A DNA stretch of 64,000 nt, taken from assembly GCA_903813345.2 (NCBI GenBank), contig CAIIXF020000001.1, positions 2,108,001 through 2,172,000 of the forward strand, in the 5' to 3' direction. Source of the DNA: Owenia fusiformis. Lineage: Eukaryota. This document shows, piece after piece, positions 13,390 through 25,708 of this stretch. Within the stretch, counting starts at the first letter, position 1; each line of letters begins with the position of its first letter. A program made the position numbers and the translations under genes. Below the pieces are notes generated by a model that worked only from the letters and a program-made list of their open reading frames with translations, had not been told where the DNA came from and did not search any database.

Positions 13390-15273
13390 TATATATAAAT
13401 GCCTTGCATCTAACTTAGGGGACCCATAATCATATTTCAGGACTATGAAGCAAACCCACCAGGACCCATATTTAAAATATAAGGCTTACATCTTACTCAG
13501 GGGACCCATAATCATATACAGACTTTGTAGCATAAGCTCCAGGACCCATATTTCAGATATATACCTCGCTTCTAACTCAGGGGACACATGATTATATTTC
13601 AGGACTTTGTAGCATAACCTCTAGGACCCATATTTAGGATATATGCCTCGCATCTAACTCAGGGGACCCATAATCATATTTTAGGAGTATGTAGCAAAAC
13701 CTCCAGGACCCATATTTAGGATATATGGCTTACATTTTACTCAAAGGACCTATTACTATATTTGAGGACTCAGTTGCAAACCCACCAGGACCCATATTTA
13801 AGATATATGCCTTACATCTTACCCAAAGGACCCATAATCATATTTTAGGACTATATGATAAAACCTCCAGGACCCATATTTAGGATATATGGCTTACATC
13901 TTACTCAAAGGACCCATAATCATATTTTAGGACTATGAAGCAAAACCATCAGGACCCATATTTCAGATATATGCCTCACATCTAACTCAAAGGACCCATA
14001 ATCATGTTTTAGGACTTTGTAGCAAAACCAGCAGGACCCATATTTCAGATATATGCCTTACATCTAACTCAGGGGACCCATAATTATATTTTAGGACTAT
14101 GTAGCAAAACCATCAGGACCCATATTTCAGATATAGGGCTTACATCTTACTCAAAGGACCCATAATCATGTTTTAGGACTTTGTAGCAAAACCACCAGGA
14201 CCCATATTTCAGATATACGCTTCGCATCTAACTCAGGGGACCCAAAATCATTTTAGGACTTTGTAGTTAAACCTCCAGGACCCATATTTCAGATATATGC
14301 CTCACATCTAACTCAGGGGACCCATAATCATGTTTTAGGACTTAATAGCATAACTTCCAGGACCCATATTTCAGATATATGCCTTACATCTAACTCAGGG
14401 GACCCATAATTATATTTTAGGACTATGTAGCAAAACCATCAGGATATATGGCTTACATCTTACTCAAAGGACCCATAATCATATTTTAGGACTATATGGT
14501 AAAACCTCCAGGACCCATATTTCAGATATATGCCTCACATCTAACTCAGGGGACCCATAATCATGTTTTAGGACTTTGTAGCAAAACCTCCAGGACCCAT
14601 ATTTCAGATATATGCCTCACATATAACTCAGGGGACCCATAATCATGTTTTAGGACTTTATAGCATAACTTCCAGGACCCATATTTCAGATATATGCCTT
14701 ACATCTAACTATGTAGGACTATGTAGCAAAACCATCAGGATATATGGCTTACATCTTACCCAAAGGACCCATAATCATATTTTAGGACTATATGGTAAAA
14801 CCTCCAGGACCCATATTTCAGATATATGCCTCACATCTAACTCAGGGCACCCATACTCATATTTTAGGACTATGTAGCAAAACCAGCAGGACCCATATTT
14901 AGGATATATAGCTTACATCTTACTCAGGGGCCCATAATTATATTTTAGGACTATATGGTAAAACCTCCAGGAACCATATTTCAGATATATGCCTTGCATC
15001 TTACTAAGGGGACCCATAATCATATTTTAGGACTGTGTAGCAAAACCAGCAGGACCCATATTTAAGATATGTGGTTACATCAGGAGTCCCATAATCATAT
15101 TTTAGGACTTTGTGGCAAAGCTAGGACTATAGCCTACAGTCAAAACCTTAGGATTCATATTTAAGATATTACATCTAACCTGGGGGATTCATAGCCATAT
15201 TTTAGGACTGGAGTAAAACCTTCAGAACCCATTTTAAATTACATGACTGGCATCTAACCAAGGGGATCCATAA
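13390..15273. repeat. 82-bp tandem array (dimer of ~41-bp subunits), ~23 copies
   Basis: GGACCCATA recurs at 13952, 13992, 14034 etc. (40+42 spacing); copies degrade at both edges. Confidence 0.95.
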
Positions 15274-15517
15274 TTAAGGAATAAAGTCCCAAGATTTTAT
15301 GATTCATGGCGTAATATATGACCGAAAATTTAATTCTGTCCATTGTCAAGAGATCGAAATCACAGAGCGATTGTTTCAATTACAAATATTTTTGGCTCAT
15401 GTCATTCCTTGTCATGTCTATTTTCTAAAAATCACAAAAGTACATACTTTATTCAAGGAAAACGAAAGATTTTTACAATAATGTATTATTTTTCTATAAA
15501 AATGGTTACTAGGCCTA

Positions 15518-16764
15518 TAGGGCGTTTCATTTTTTGGAATGTTTTTTCTGATCAAGTTGCTATTCATACATTATGATCTATGGTTAGTAGGGACCGCACA
15601 AAAAAAATTTCAGCCAAATCGGACATCGTTTGCCTCACCCCCTCAAGCCATCTTTATTTGACACATTTAGCATGAATACATTAGATTCAATTATGAAACA
15701 TGTACTAAATTGAAAACGGACATATAAAATAGGTGGAGTCCTATATTCTAGTAATAAATGTATTACAATGTCAAGTGACATTTGAAGATGTTTTGATTGC
15801 ATTGATTTGCTTTCTATTGATACATGTTTCTAACTTTATGCTGCAAAAAGATAAAATTGATGATGCCCACTTTCTTATATTTTTCCAGGGGTAGGGCACT
15901 ATAAAGTCATTATAATTAGTTGTATTAAAATATCAGAAATAGCATGGAAATGATTTTAGAATCCTTTTTTGAACCGTACAAGCTGTCATCATTTGCTTGA
16001 AGCTACAAATATAAAAAAGATGAGACCATAAAAAGATGTGCAGTGGATCAAATTGACACAAAAAGTTTGATATCTCTGCATTCAGTTGTCATAAAATGAT
16101 GTATAATGGCTCTTTAGAAAGGCCTTCTTACGTATTTTATGTAAGAAGCCATAATACAACATTTTATGACAACTGAATCCAGATATATCAAAGTGTTTGT
16201 GTTAATTCTGATCCGTGACACACTTTTTTAGTCTCATCTATTTTATATTTGTAGCTTCAAGCAAAAGATGACAGCTTTTACAGCTCAAACAAGTAATCTA
16301 AAGTCATCTCGTTGCTATTTGTGATATTTTAATGCAACTATTATAAGGACTAAGTACTATTTCATATTTTTAATAATAATTTATAGTGCCCTACCCCTGG
16401 AAAAATATGAGAAAGTCAGCGTCATCAATTTTATCTTTTTGCAGCATAAAGTTAGAAACGTGTATCAATAGAAAGCAAATCAATGCAATCAAAACATCTT
16501 CAAATGTCACTTGACATTGTAATACATTTATTACTAGAATATAGGACTCAACCTATTTTATATGTCCGTTTTCAATTTAGTACATGTATCATAATTGAAT
16601 CTAATGTAATCATGCTAAATGTGTCAAATAAAGATGGCTTGAGGGGGTGAGGCAAACGATGTCCGATTTGGCTGAAAATTTTTTTGGGCGGCCCCTTCTA
16701 ACCATAGATCATAATGTATGAATAGCAACTTGATCAGAAAAAATTCCAAAAATGAAACACCCTA
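15518..16764. mobile_element. 1.25-kb foldback (near-perfect palindrome)
   Basis: TAGGGCGTTTCAT...ATGAAACACCCTA; ~600-bp arms meeting near 16110-16150 with almost no spacer. Confidence 0.9.
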
Positions 16765-17249
16765 ATGGTCAGATGGTTACCATTCTTATTATTTGGGAGA
16801 ATTTAAACATTTTTCACCCATTCTTGCACTTTGAATCATTAATAACTTAACCAATTTTTAACATATTGTTAATCTTTTGGGAGATATTGTATTTGATATT
16901 GTAAGCAATAGATTGGTAGGTCAATTATGCACATTGCTTGTAATTTTGTCACCCCCTATAGACATTCTGCCTTTAAGAAGTAAAAGTGGTCATACATACT
17001 CCAATATAGACCAGTAAATCAATTGTTCTAGCTATTGTGACGTCATGTATCATATTAAAATCATATTTATTTCATCACATGTTTGGGCAATGTCTATATT
17101 TGTGCCTTAGACACTCCTGTTGTATTGAATTGTTTTTATTTTTTCAGATCATTGTCAGGTCCATTTGAACATATGGAGAAAGGGAGATGAATAAGAGAAT
17201 TATAATAAGGGGAATGCTATGCAGTGAAGATGTCATTAAAGTCACTTAG

Positions 17250-17620
17250 AAGATCCATGTGCAGTATGGCAAGTGATTTTAGATGGTCATATCTTTCACC
17301 ATGAGTACTTCCTGGGCATAAATACAGTGGTTTTTATTAAAACAATATATTTTTCTTTCAATTTAACTATACCACATTTCAATACACATCCCCTTTTCAG
17401 AAGTTGTTAATATAGAGCAGAAGATACTTTTGGTATATATAAATTGAGAAAAACAAGATTCTCGTTTTAGAAAAAAAGCCTTACATTTTTGAAAAAGTGA
17501 CAAGGTGGAGTCCTAATCCATAGTTTTTCAGAGAGTTGGATTGCTATTTTACTATCATGGGGTACTTATGGTGAAAGATATGACTGTCTAAAATCACTTG
17601 CCATACTGCACATGGACCTT
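17250..17620. mobile_element. MITE with ~60-bp TIRs
   Basis: TCCATGTGCAGTATGGCAAGTGATTTTAGA...CATATCTTTCACCAT and its reverse complement at 17560-17617. Confidence 0.7.
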
Positions 17621-20315
17621 TTACAATGTTAGTCCTGCAACATACAAAATAAATCCAGACGTTCACTTTTGAGGGTTGTGAAGACTGAAAAGCAGGATGA
17701 GTGCTACACTATGTTCTGGGATAACTCCTTCAGGACTGCAGATGTTCAGTGCAAAAACTTTGACAAAAATATTGAAATGATGCTGTTGAATCTTATTATA
17801 TTATCCCATCGAACAAGGTTTGAGAGCGATGTAGAATGGCCACCATAAACTACCAGTTGCCAGATTTGGTTCATATTTTGTATGGTGATGCCTCACAACA
17901 TGATAGTAATTCGAACATGACTGTTTTCACGCCTTCTATAAACTGTAAACAAAGTCAACATTTCACCCGGGGCATATCGTGAAGAATTCCCCTTGTAATA
18001 CATGTAATGTGTGACGTCATAACGGTGGATCGTTGTAATGGCGGTCCATAATCATGAATATTCAAAACATTTTGGTGAGTTTTCATGTTCAAATCGTAAT
18101 ATAGACCTAAGGGGTAATATCGTCGACTACACCACTTAGGGCTGGGCAAAAAAGCTTTCGAACCCCTCACTCCCTTCCACTCGGTCGTTCGGGATACAGA
18201 AAACGTTTGTGCCTAGCCCTGCGGGGTGTATTACCCCTGCTCTGAGGTCTTTATTTCTTTATTCTCACTTATTTAACAATTTAGTAGAGCACCATGTAAC
18301 TTTAATGACTCAAATATCTTTATATTAATAAATTCATGAATAGGAAAGAAAAATCGGCTTTTTAAAGCCTTAACTTATGCTATGAAGCAAAATTTGATAT
18401 TTGAGTATGTATTACCACTAAAATTCATAAATGCAAATAGTTGTGTTTCTTGTCTCTGTTTATTATCATATAAGAATCGTAACAAAGACCTCAATTTTAT
18501 GATTTATAGGAAATATATGACCTCAAATTTTATTCTGTCCATTGCCAAATACCTCAATCGCTCTGTGACTTTGGTCTCTTGACAATGAACAGAATAAAAT
18601 TTTCGGTCATATATTACGCCATGAATCATAAAATCTTGGCCTCTATTCCTTAAGTATTTTTGTTATTTCTTAAAATGACAACCCTGTAGATGATATATTG
18701 GAATATGGCCCACAGTTGTGAAGAAATTCAATTTGGACATCTTCAAAATGGCTGCAATGTTACATGAAAAAAAATTAAATGTGATCTTTGATAACTTAAA
18801 TACTCCTTCAGTCCTTACATGCCTTAGACTTTTAGATGAGTGTTTTTATAAAATTATGTTTGATCAGATTTTTATGTCACCATCAGACTATCAAAATTAT
18901 TAATAGTCTCCACCTTTTTATGGATAGTGTTTTGCGGTTGGTGTTTGGTGGTCAGTGTCTGTAACAAATAGAGTGTGGTGACATTTTGCATGTTACTGTT
19001 ACATTTCAGGTTAGTTAAACCACAAATAAGATGTGAACTGGTTTAAATAATAGGGAATAACATCATATGCTGTGAGAGGTCTTAGATATGGGGTGTATTC
19101 TTAGTGAGATCTAGATATTTTACTATGGGCCGAGATACAATATATTCAAAACTGAGCATCACATAACTAATTTATCCTAAGACAAGCAAGGTTTCACAAG
19201 TGAAGTTTTCATATCCAGAGTGTCCTACAGTTCTACAAAGTGTTCTCATTCGCGTTATTTTCGAGAAATCCATCAACATTTTGGTCAAGAAAAAATCTAG
19301 TGTCTGTTGCATCCATTTTGACAGTTATGCTAATTGCAGGATATTCTTACAAATTGGCTTGGCCTTTTTCTACATTGAACAAAATATTTTCCCAGGAATA
19401 CTTTGGGGTGAGTTACACAGCAGCAGATATAGCGGAAGATAATAGATATACCCCAGTATATGTTGCACTCCTCCAAGATATCAATTCTTTATCCTGATGT
19501 TATGTGTCTGCTGAAACCTCACTTGTCATAGAATAAGATGATGTATCTTCTTGTAACAACAAATAAGTAAATAATAATTCACAGTTTATTTTATTATACT
19601 GAATCACTAAAATAAATTACATTTATGTCACAAAAAATAATGCTTGTATCTTTATTTATTCCATCAAAAGACTTTCAGCGATATGGCATTACAAAGCTAT
19701 TAAAGGCATTTTTATGTTTTTAAAACAATTTCAGTGTTTGTTATTGTAAGTTTCCATTTACTAGTATTAAACATAGTCTCTTGGAAAATGTAGCATGGTA
19801 CCAATGGTCTAGAAGGTGATTTGTATTTGAGTCATATCTTCTCTTTTACTTCTATATGAGCATAATTTTAGATTTTCTGAAATATTAATTTTGCCTAGCT
19901 TGTATAATTTTCTCTCAGAAAGCAATCAGTGATCAAATGTACCTCTACTTTAATATTACATTTTTATTTCATTTTCAAATTATTGATTATGGGTAATGAT
20001 TGAAGTATTCATGGATAACAGTGTTTATAAGGAGTTTTGCAACTTATTGATACTTCTAGGTAGGTACGTAGGTAGGTAGGTACACAATGTAGGTATAGGT
20101 AGAAGTATATGGAGTATACATATACTATTCCCAAGCTGTCGTCAATCCTACACAACTAGGACATCCTGTCATTGGGAAAACACGAGAAGTCAACTGAAAG
20201 AACAAGAAATAAACAAACAAATAGAAATTAAATCAAAATAATTGAATCTTCAAAGCTATATAACAAGGGAGCTATCATTTTCATTTTTTAGACAAGACTA
20301 GATGACTAGGCTTAT

Positions 20316-22419
20316 TTATCCTACACTTAGTGTACTAAATGTATAATAACATGAAAAAATAAATTTGATATTTATTGGCAAAATGAACATCCGGAGGATA
20401 TCGTTACGATATACTCCGGGCGGAGGATATCGTGACGATATACTCCGGAAAACCCAATATGCGGAGGATATTGTGACGATATACTCCGCTTGTTGATTTC
20501 CCGCCAAATTGACTCTATTAGGCATGAAATTAATTTTACAATGATATCATACATTCAGTACACACCTTGTAAGCCCAAGTAAAAAGACATGGCAATTCTC
20601 ATGTAATAATTGGTTAACTTTGGTCTAATAATTATGCATTTTGATAAAAGTTAACCTATTTGTTAAATGAGCATTAAATCAATGAAAGTTGAATGCCAAT
20701 AAATAGCTATTTATTACACCTATTTATTATTCTAACAACTATGTTATAATGCTCTTTGAATAATTGGGTAACTTTTCGTCATCCTTGCTACCCTAGGTGA
20801 TAAAAATTAGCTAATTGTTAAGATTGGACTTATAAGAAATGTGGCAGTGAGTATTAGCAAAATATTAACTTTCCCGCTCTTTTTAAACCAAAAGAAAAAT
20901 GGCTGACAAAGAATGTTCAACTGTAAAAGATTTGGGTAATTTTATGATTTTATAACAATAGTATGAAAATGACTAATCAAATATAGATTCAGAAGTTACT
21001 GACATACTTGAACATTCTGCATGTCTACTTTGTGAGAGGTAAAATGTAAGTATTGCTGTTTTATTCCAGTTTAGATGGGCAAATCTTCTTTTCTTTGTGA
21101 ATTTATACAGTCAAACTGGTCAAGCATAAATGTGTTATGTATGACCAATTGTACCATGCAGTAAAAATTATAAGGTATTTTATAAAGATTATGAAGATAA
21201 ATACTGCTGGAGGCCTAGCCTAGAGGGTCCTTCAATAACTATGAGCCTTCTGGCCTTCAGGACAATTCTGAATGGGTAAAATTATCAGTGATGTCCCATA
21301 ATAATTGCTTATATCATCTTACATACCCAGGGCCAACCTAAAATGAAAAATTTGCGTGAGATTTCCAAAAATTGTGGTACTTTTACAGGAGATTTTTCCA
21401 AAATCTGGTAGTTTTAAAAAAATTGGTAGTTTTCGCCGTAGATTTTTAAAAATCAGGAGTTTTTTAGGTGAATTTTGAAACAACTGGAGTTTTTACGGTA
21501 GATTTGAAATAAAACGGTACTTTTTTAAAAAAGCGGATTATCTCCAGTTTTTTTCTAATAAAAGCAATTGTTTTTGCGGTAAATTCTGCAAAAAGTGGTA
21601 CTTTTGTGGGAGATTTTTGACAAAATCTGTATAGTTTTTGCAAGAAATTTTGAAAAACTTTGGACTTTGCCATGAATTAATTTATACGCTTTGCATGGCC
21701 AGATTTGAATATTCACGCAAATTACATATACGTCACACATTTACTTCGAATTTGTGTGTCCCTACCCACCTAATTTAAATATTATTTAATGTTTTTGGTT
21801 CTTATAGTAGAAAATAAATTTTGTAGACCATAATGCATCTTGGGTAAGAGTAATGCAACAAATAGGTTTTAAATAGCTAATAAATAGGTAATACTCTGTT
21901 AATTCTTAGCTAACGAATACCTAAAAAATTTATCATGCAAATTAGAGAATATTACCACAATAAATATGTACAATATTTAGGTAATATTCTGTTAACATAT
22001 AGCTTATTATTGGAAGATAATCAATACATGATTATTAGATTTCTAATTTTACCTAATTATTACAATGTAATTTTCATTTAATAATCAGTCAATATTCTAC
22101 ATGAGCGTTGAATGTTAACAATACCTTATTATTAACACCTATTTATTAACGTAATTCTCTCTAATTTGCATGATAAATTTTTCAGGTATTTGTTAGCTAA
22201 GAATTAATAGAGTATTACCTATTTATTGTCAATATTTTCCCATTGACTTTTTTCACTTGGGAGTGTAGGATAATAAGAACATTCTATGATTTTTTTCAGA
22301 ATATCATTCTACTCGGTGATATTGATATATGCACTCGTTCGCTTCGCTCTCTCGTGCAGATATCAATATCACCTCGTAGATAAAAATGATATTCCTCAAA
22401 ATCATAGGATATCCTATAA
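20316..22419 (+). mobile_element. Inverted-repeat plus terminal-hairpin element, copy A (Crypton- or Helentron-like architecture; class unassigned)
   Basis: Left end TTATCCTACACT, inverted partner AGTGTAGGATAA at ~22262, followed by a ~140-bp hairpin ending CCTATAA; reverse-oriented relative at 40799-42235. Confidence 0.7.
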
Positions 22420-22919
22420 ATATCTACTCTAAGCTTATTAAAGATTCCATATTTCCATAGAGATAAAGAGCGACCCCCCCCCACAAAATTATTCTAAAAT
22501 CATGCAGTTTTTTCACAATTCTGAGCACCTTTCCATTGATTTGGACATTTTGGGGTCTAAATTGTCAAAAGTGTACCCCTCTGGAATTTTTCCAAAAGTG
22601 AACTTGCCAAATCATTGATATGGGCTGGGTCTCACCTTATCCTAGTCTATCCAATTGACCACACTTGTCCAGTTTTAAATGGAAATGATAGACCTAATGA
22701 TAGCTATAAAATCTTAATATAATCAAATGCAAGCAACAGATTTGGTAACATCATCTACTGATCTAGGGCTAATAGATCTAGTGCTAATAGATCTAGTCTA
22801 TAGCCATAGGCCTGGGGATCCAGCTAGGCATACATGTAACTTAGGCCTAAGCTTAGATTAGTGTGATGTTTACCAATTCAATTGCACAACATACGTGGCA
22901 TAACAACTTTTATTCTCAC

Positions 22920-23000
22920 CGTATCTAATACATGAGGGTAAATCTGCCCCGTAGCGGCCTCGAGAAGACATAATGTGAATAATATTTTAATGTCAAACAT
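22920..23000 (-). CDS. Candidate first coding exon (MFDIKILFTLCLLEAATGQIYPHVLDT), signal-peptide-like; probably exon 1 of the OTU-MULE gene
   Basis: ATG in AAAAATG context, 81 nt, ends at a GTGAG donor in phase 0, matching the phase-0 acceptor at 13338. Promoter-like DNA lies immediately upstream. Joining across a 9.6-kb intron is inferred. Confidence 0.6.
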
Positions 23001-23019
23001 TTTTTAGTATTTTAAACAT

Positions 23020-23310
23020 TCGCGGGAAAAATTGGCTTCCCTAGCAACTGACATGGAAACGTGGAATTTCCTTAATTAAATCTCCGATTCGTCAGGTTTC
23101 AACATATCTTTAAATTAATGGAATTGGAGGATGTATAATTTGATAGAATAAACAATTATTCTTGGTTAGAAAAACGATTTTAACGAGAAAAATAACGAAA
23201 TCCTAAGGGAATCCCTCGGAAATTCCTAAACTCCCAGCAGGCATAGCGATTGACCGGGATTCCCCAAGAATTACGTCATCGCTAGCGTTTTGGTTTTGAG
23301 ACTACAGAAA
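23020..23310. promoter_or_regulatory. Putative promoter with clustered NF-kB/Rel-like sites
   Basis: GGAATTTCC 23063-23071, GGGAATCCC 23207-23215, GGAAATTCC 23218-23226, GGGATTCCCC 23256-23265; TTACGTCA (CRE/ATF-like) 23271-23278; GCGGGAAA (E2F-like) 23022-23029; CCTAGCAAC (RFX half-site) ~23040; locally CpG-enriched. Confidence 0.55.
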
Positions 23311-23334
23311 TTGTCCCTCCCCTTTGCAAAATTG

Positions 23335-24968
23335 AAAAAGATTTTGCTACATTTATAAGCGAGCATTGATTTCTGGGCCTGTAAAAAGCACGTAGGACCT
23401 GATTACCCCATTGATTTACTGAGACCGCCAAAAATTTAATTCAATTTTTTGGTTCAAAATAATAATCTGTCAGCGGTCCCTGACACTCCTACTAGCTATC
23501 ACCAAACATTAATTGCCAATACATGTACACATATACGTGCCATACATCTACAAAGTAGCGAACTAGTGTATTAAGTACTACTTTTCCTATACGATGAGCA
23601 AAACAAATCTCAAGTAGGTTATATTGACCCTATTAGTGTCATGGTTGACTGAATATGCATTTTATTCAATATGAATTTAAAAGTTCGGGGTTTTATGAAG
23701 TGATATGTACATTTTTGCTCAAATCCCCTCAGCACTTTTGATTCTATAGGGTTCTCTTGACCCCTGGGGTCATTATATTTTGTGACAATTTATTCCAGAC
23801 TAAATGTAGTTATTTTGTCATTAAAATATCTTATTAGAGAAACGTTCAGGAAAAGTTGCGCTATCCACAAGACTTCTTGTCACTGCACTGATAAATGTAG
23901 CAAAATAGTCAAAATAATTCAGCCATGAGCATGAAATTTTTGAATTTTTGGACAAATTTTGGGCTATTTTGGGGGATTTTTGCCCATAACGATACTAATC
24001 TACTTAAAACAGCTGTTTAAAGTTGTACAAATTGCTTAAGTGATTTATATTCTCTCATAAGTAGGACTATTTGCTACTTTACTAAACTGAACATCATTGA
24101 TTTTTCGTTTTTCATGAACTTCTGATGGCTAGTTCAAGTAGCATTGTCTTTTGTGCAGGTTTACTGAATACGTCCCTTTAAAATTGGGTCTTTTGTGGGT
24201 TTAAAGGGTCAAAATGTTGGAACTTTGCACACTGTGGAACGTTTGGGGTGTGTTTCCTTTAATTTGGCAAGAACTGCATCAAATTACTTGATAAGAGAGC
24301 AGAAATGTAGCAATTTAGGCTGAAAAGTACTGTTTTCAATGAAAAAACGAAAATTGCTGACTCAGCAAAATTTAGATCGTCGTCTCCAGAATTTTAGGGG
24401 TTAATTTGCAAAACTTTAAATGGTCCCATAGAAACATATGCGAAATATGGCTAAATTCGACATATTTCTCGAAATTCACTGATAAATGTGGTTGATATTA
24501 GGTAGAAAGCAACTTACTTTTTCACCCATTGGAATACATGTAAAATTGGCAAAGTTCAAATCATAATTTCTCAAATCCCAGCCCATCGAATCCTCACATC
24601 CATTCAGATCATGTAGTCCTATTCAAAAACTTCCCGTTCGGTTATATGGTGAAAAAAATATCCCACGAACGAAAAAAGATTTTGCTACATTTATAAGCGA
24701 GCATTGATTTCTGGGCCTGTAAAAAGCACGTAGGACCTGATTACCCCATTGATTTACTGAGACCGCCAAAAATTTAATTCAATTTTTTGGTTCAAAATAA
24801 TAATCTGTCAGCGGTCCCTGACACTCCTACTAGCTATCACCAAACATTAATTGCCAATACATGTACACATATACGTGCCATACATCTACAAAGTAGCGAA
24901 CTAGTGTATTAAGTACTACTTTTCCTATACGATGAGCAAAACAAATCTCAAGTAGGTTATATTGACCC
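23335..24968. repeat. Two identical 296-bp direct repeats (23335-23630, 24673-24968) around a 1042-bp non-coding insert
   Basis: No mismatch seen on reading both copies; offset 1338. Confidence 0.9.
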
Positions 24969-25708
24969 ACAGCAGATTTTTTTAAAGAACAACATCTAAC
25001 AAGTTCAGAACAAACATATAAGGGGGTGCATATTTAAAAATACATTTGATGTGTAGGGCTAAGCTTAATTCAACAGAAAAATCAAATATCAAGAAAAGCA
25101 TAAATTGCCCATGTAGGTAGGCCTAATGGAATGTCAATGTATATAGGCAGATGTTTACTCGAGTCTCTAGGCTATAGCTTAGACGAGAGGAGATAGAAGC
25201 ATTCTCGGCCAAGGGGCATTCACGGACAAACCCTTGGTATCAGGTGAAAATCTGGGGCATTGTTAGACTTTTTACAATATGCAGCACCACATAGATAATA
25301 TGTGTCTAATATGAAGTTTCAATAAAGAAACCATATAAAACAAAGGATTATTGAAGATCGTCCGACAATGCCCCGTGTCTGAGATTACCGCTGTGTCCTC
25401 GAGAAGTCTTTGGACCTAAGTAAGCAGATCTAATCAGTAATTTCCAGTTTAGAACCTCAGTGCAGCAATTTGTTTGACAATTACCGATACACGGACAGCA
25501 TTGTCTGGATCCCTGTACCGTACTATAACTGCCACTAATGTATAGCCTGAATGTCAAATAATTTCTTCTTGATGTTCTGATTGTTCTCATATGTGTCGAT
25601 TCTGTAGAGCTACTATTTTCAATATTAACATAACATGTCATCTAGGCTAAGGCTAAAGATTTCATGAGCTCCTTTCATTACTTGTTCTTATCATATTGCT
25701 AAATACTA

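Larger units (their letters stand above)
15278..18649. mobile_element. Kolobok-like non-autonomous element with nested insertions
   Basis: ~95-bp TIRs GGAATAAAGTCCCAAGATTTTATGATTCATGGCG / CGCCATGAATCATAAAATCTTGGCCTCTATTCC; TTAA TSD at 15274-15277 and 18650-18653; purine-purine termini. Confidence 0.8.

Noticed and set aside
8650-15273. CRISPR-like arrays
   Set aside because: Units are contiguous with no unique spacers, the context is eukaryotic and there are no cas genes.
238-16764. Termini at 238 and 16764 as the TIR pair of the MULE
   Set aside because: 16764 pairs almost perfectly with 15518 and only loosely with 238; no matching TSD; the pair would exclude the candidate first exon.
17690-17850. 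Coding-looking + strand frame
   Set aside because: Runs into a TTATCCCATCGAAC Helentron-type end fragment; no convincing splice sites or motif.
23335-24968. LTR retrotransposon/TRIM
   Set aside because: Copies do not both show TG...CA ends; no PBS, PPT, TSD or coding remnant recognised.
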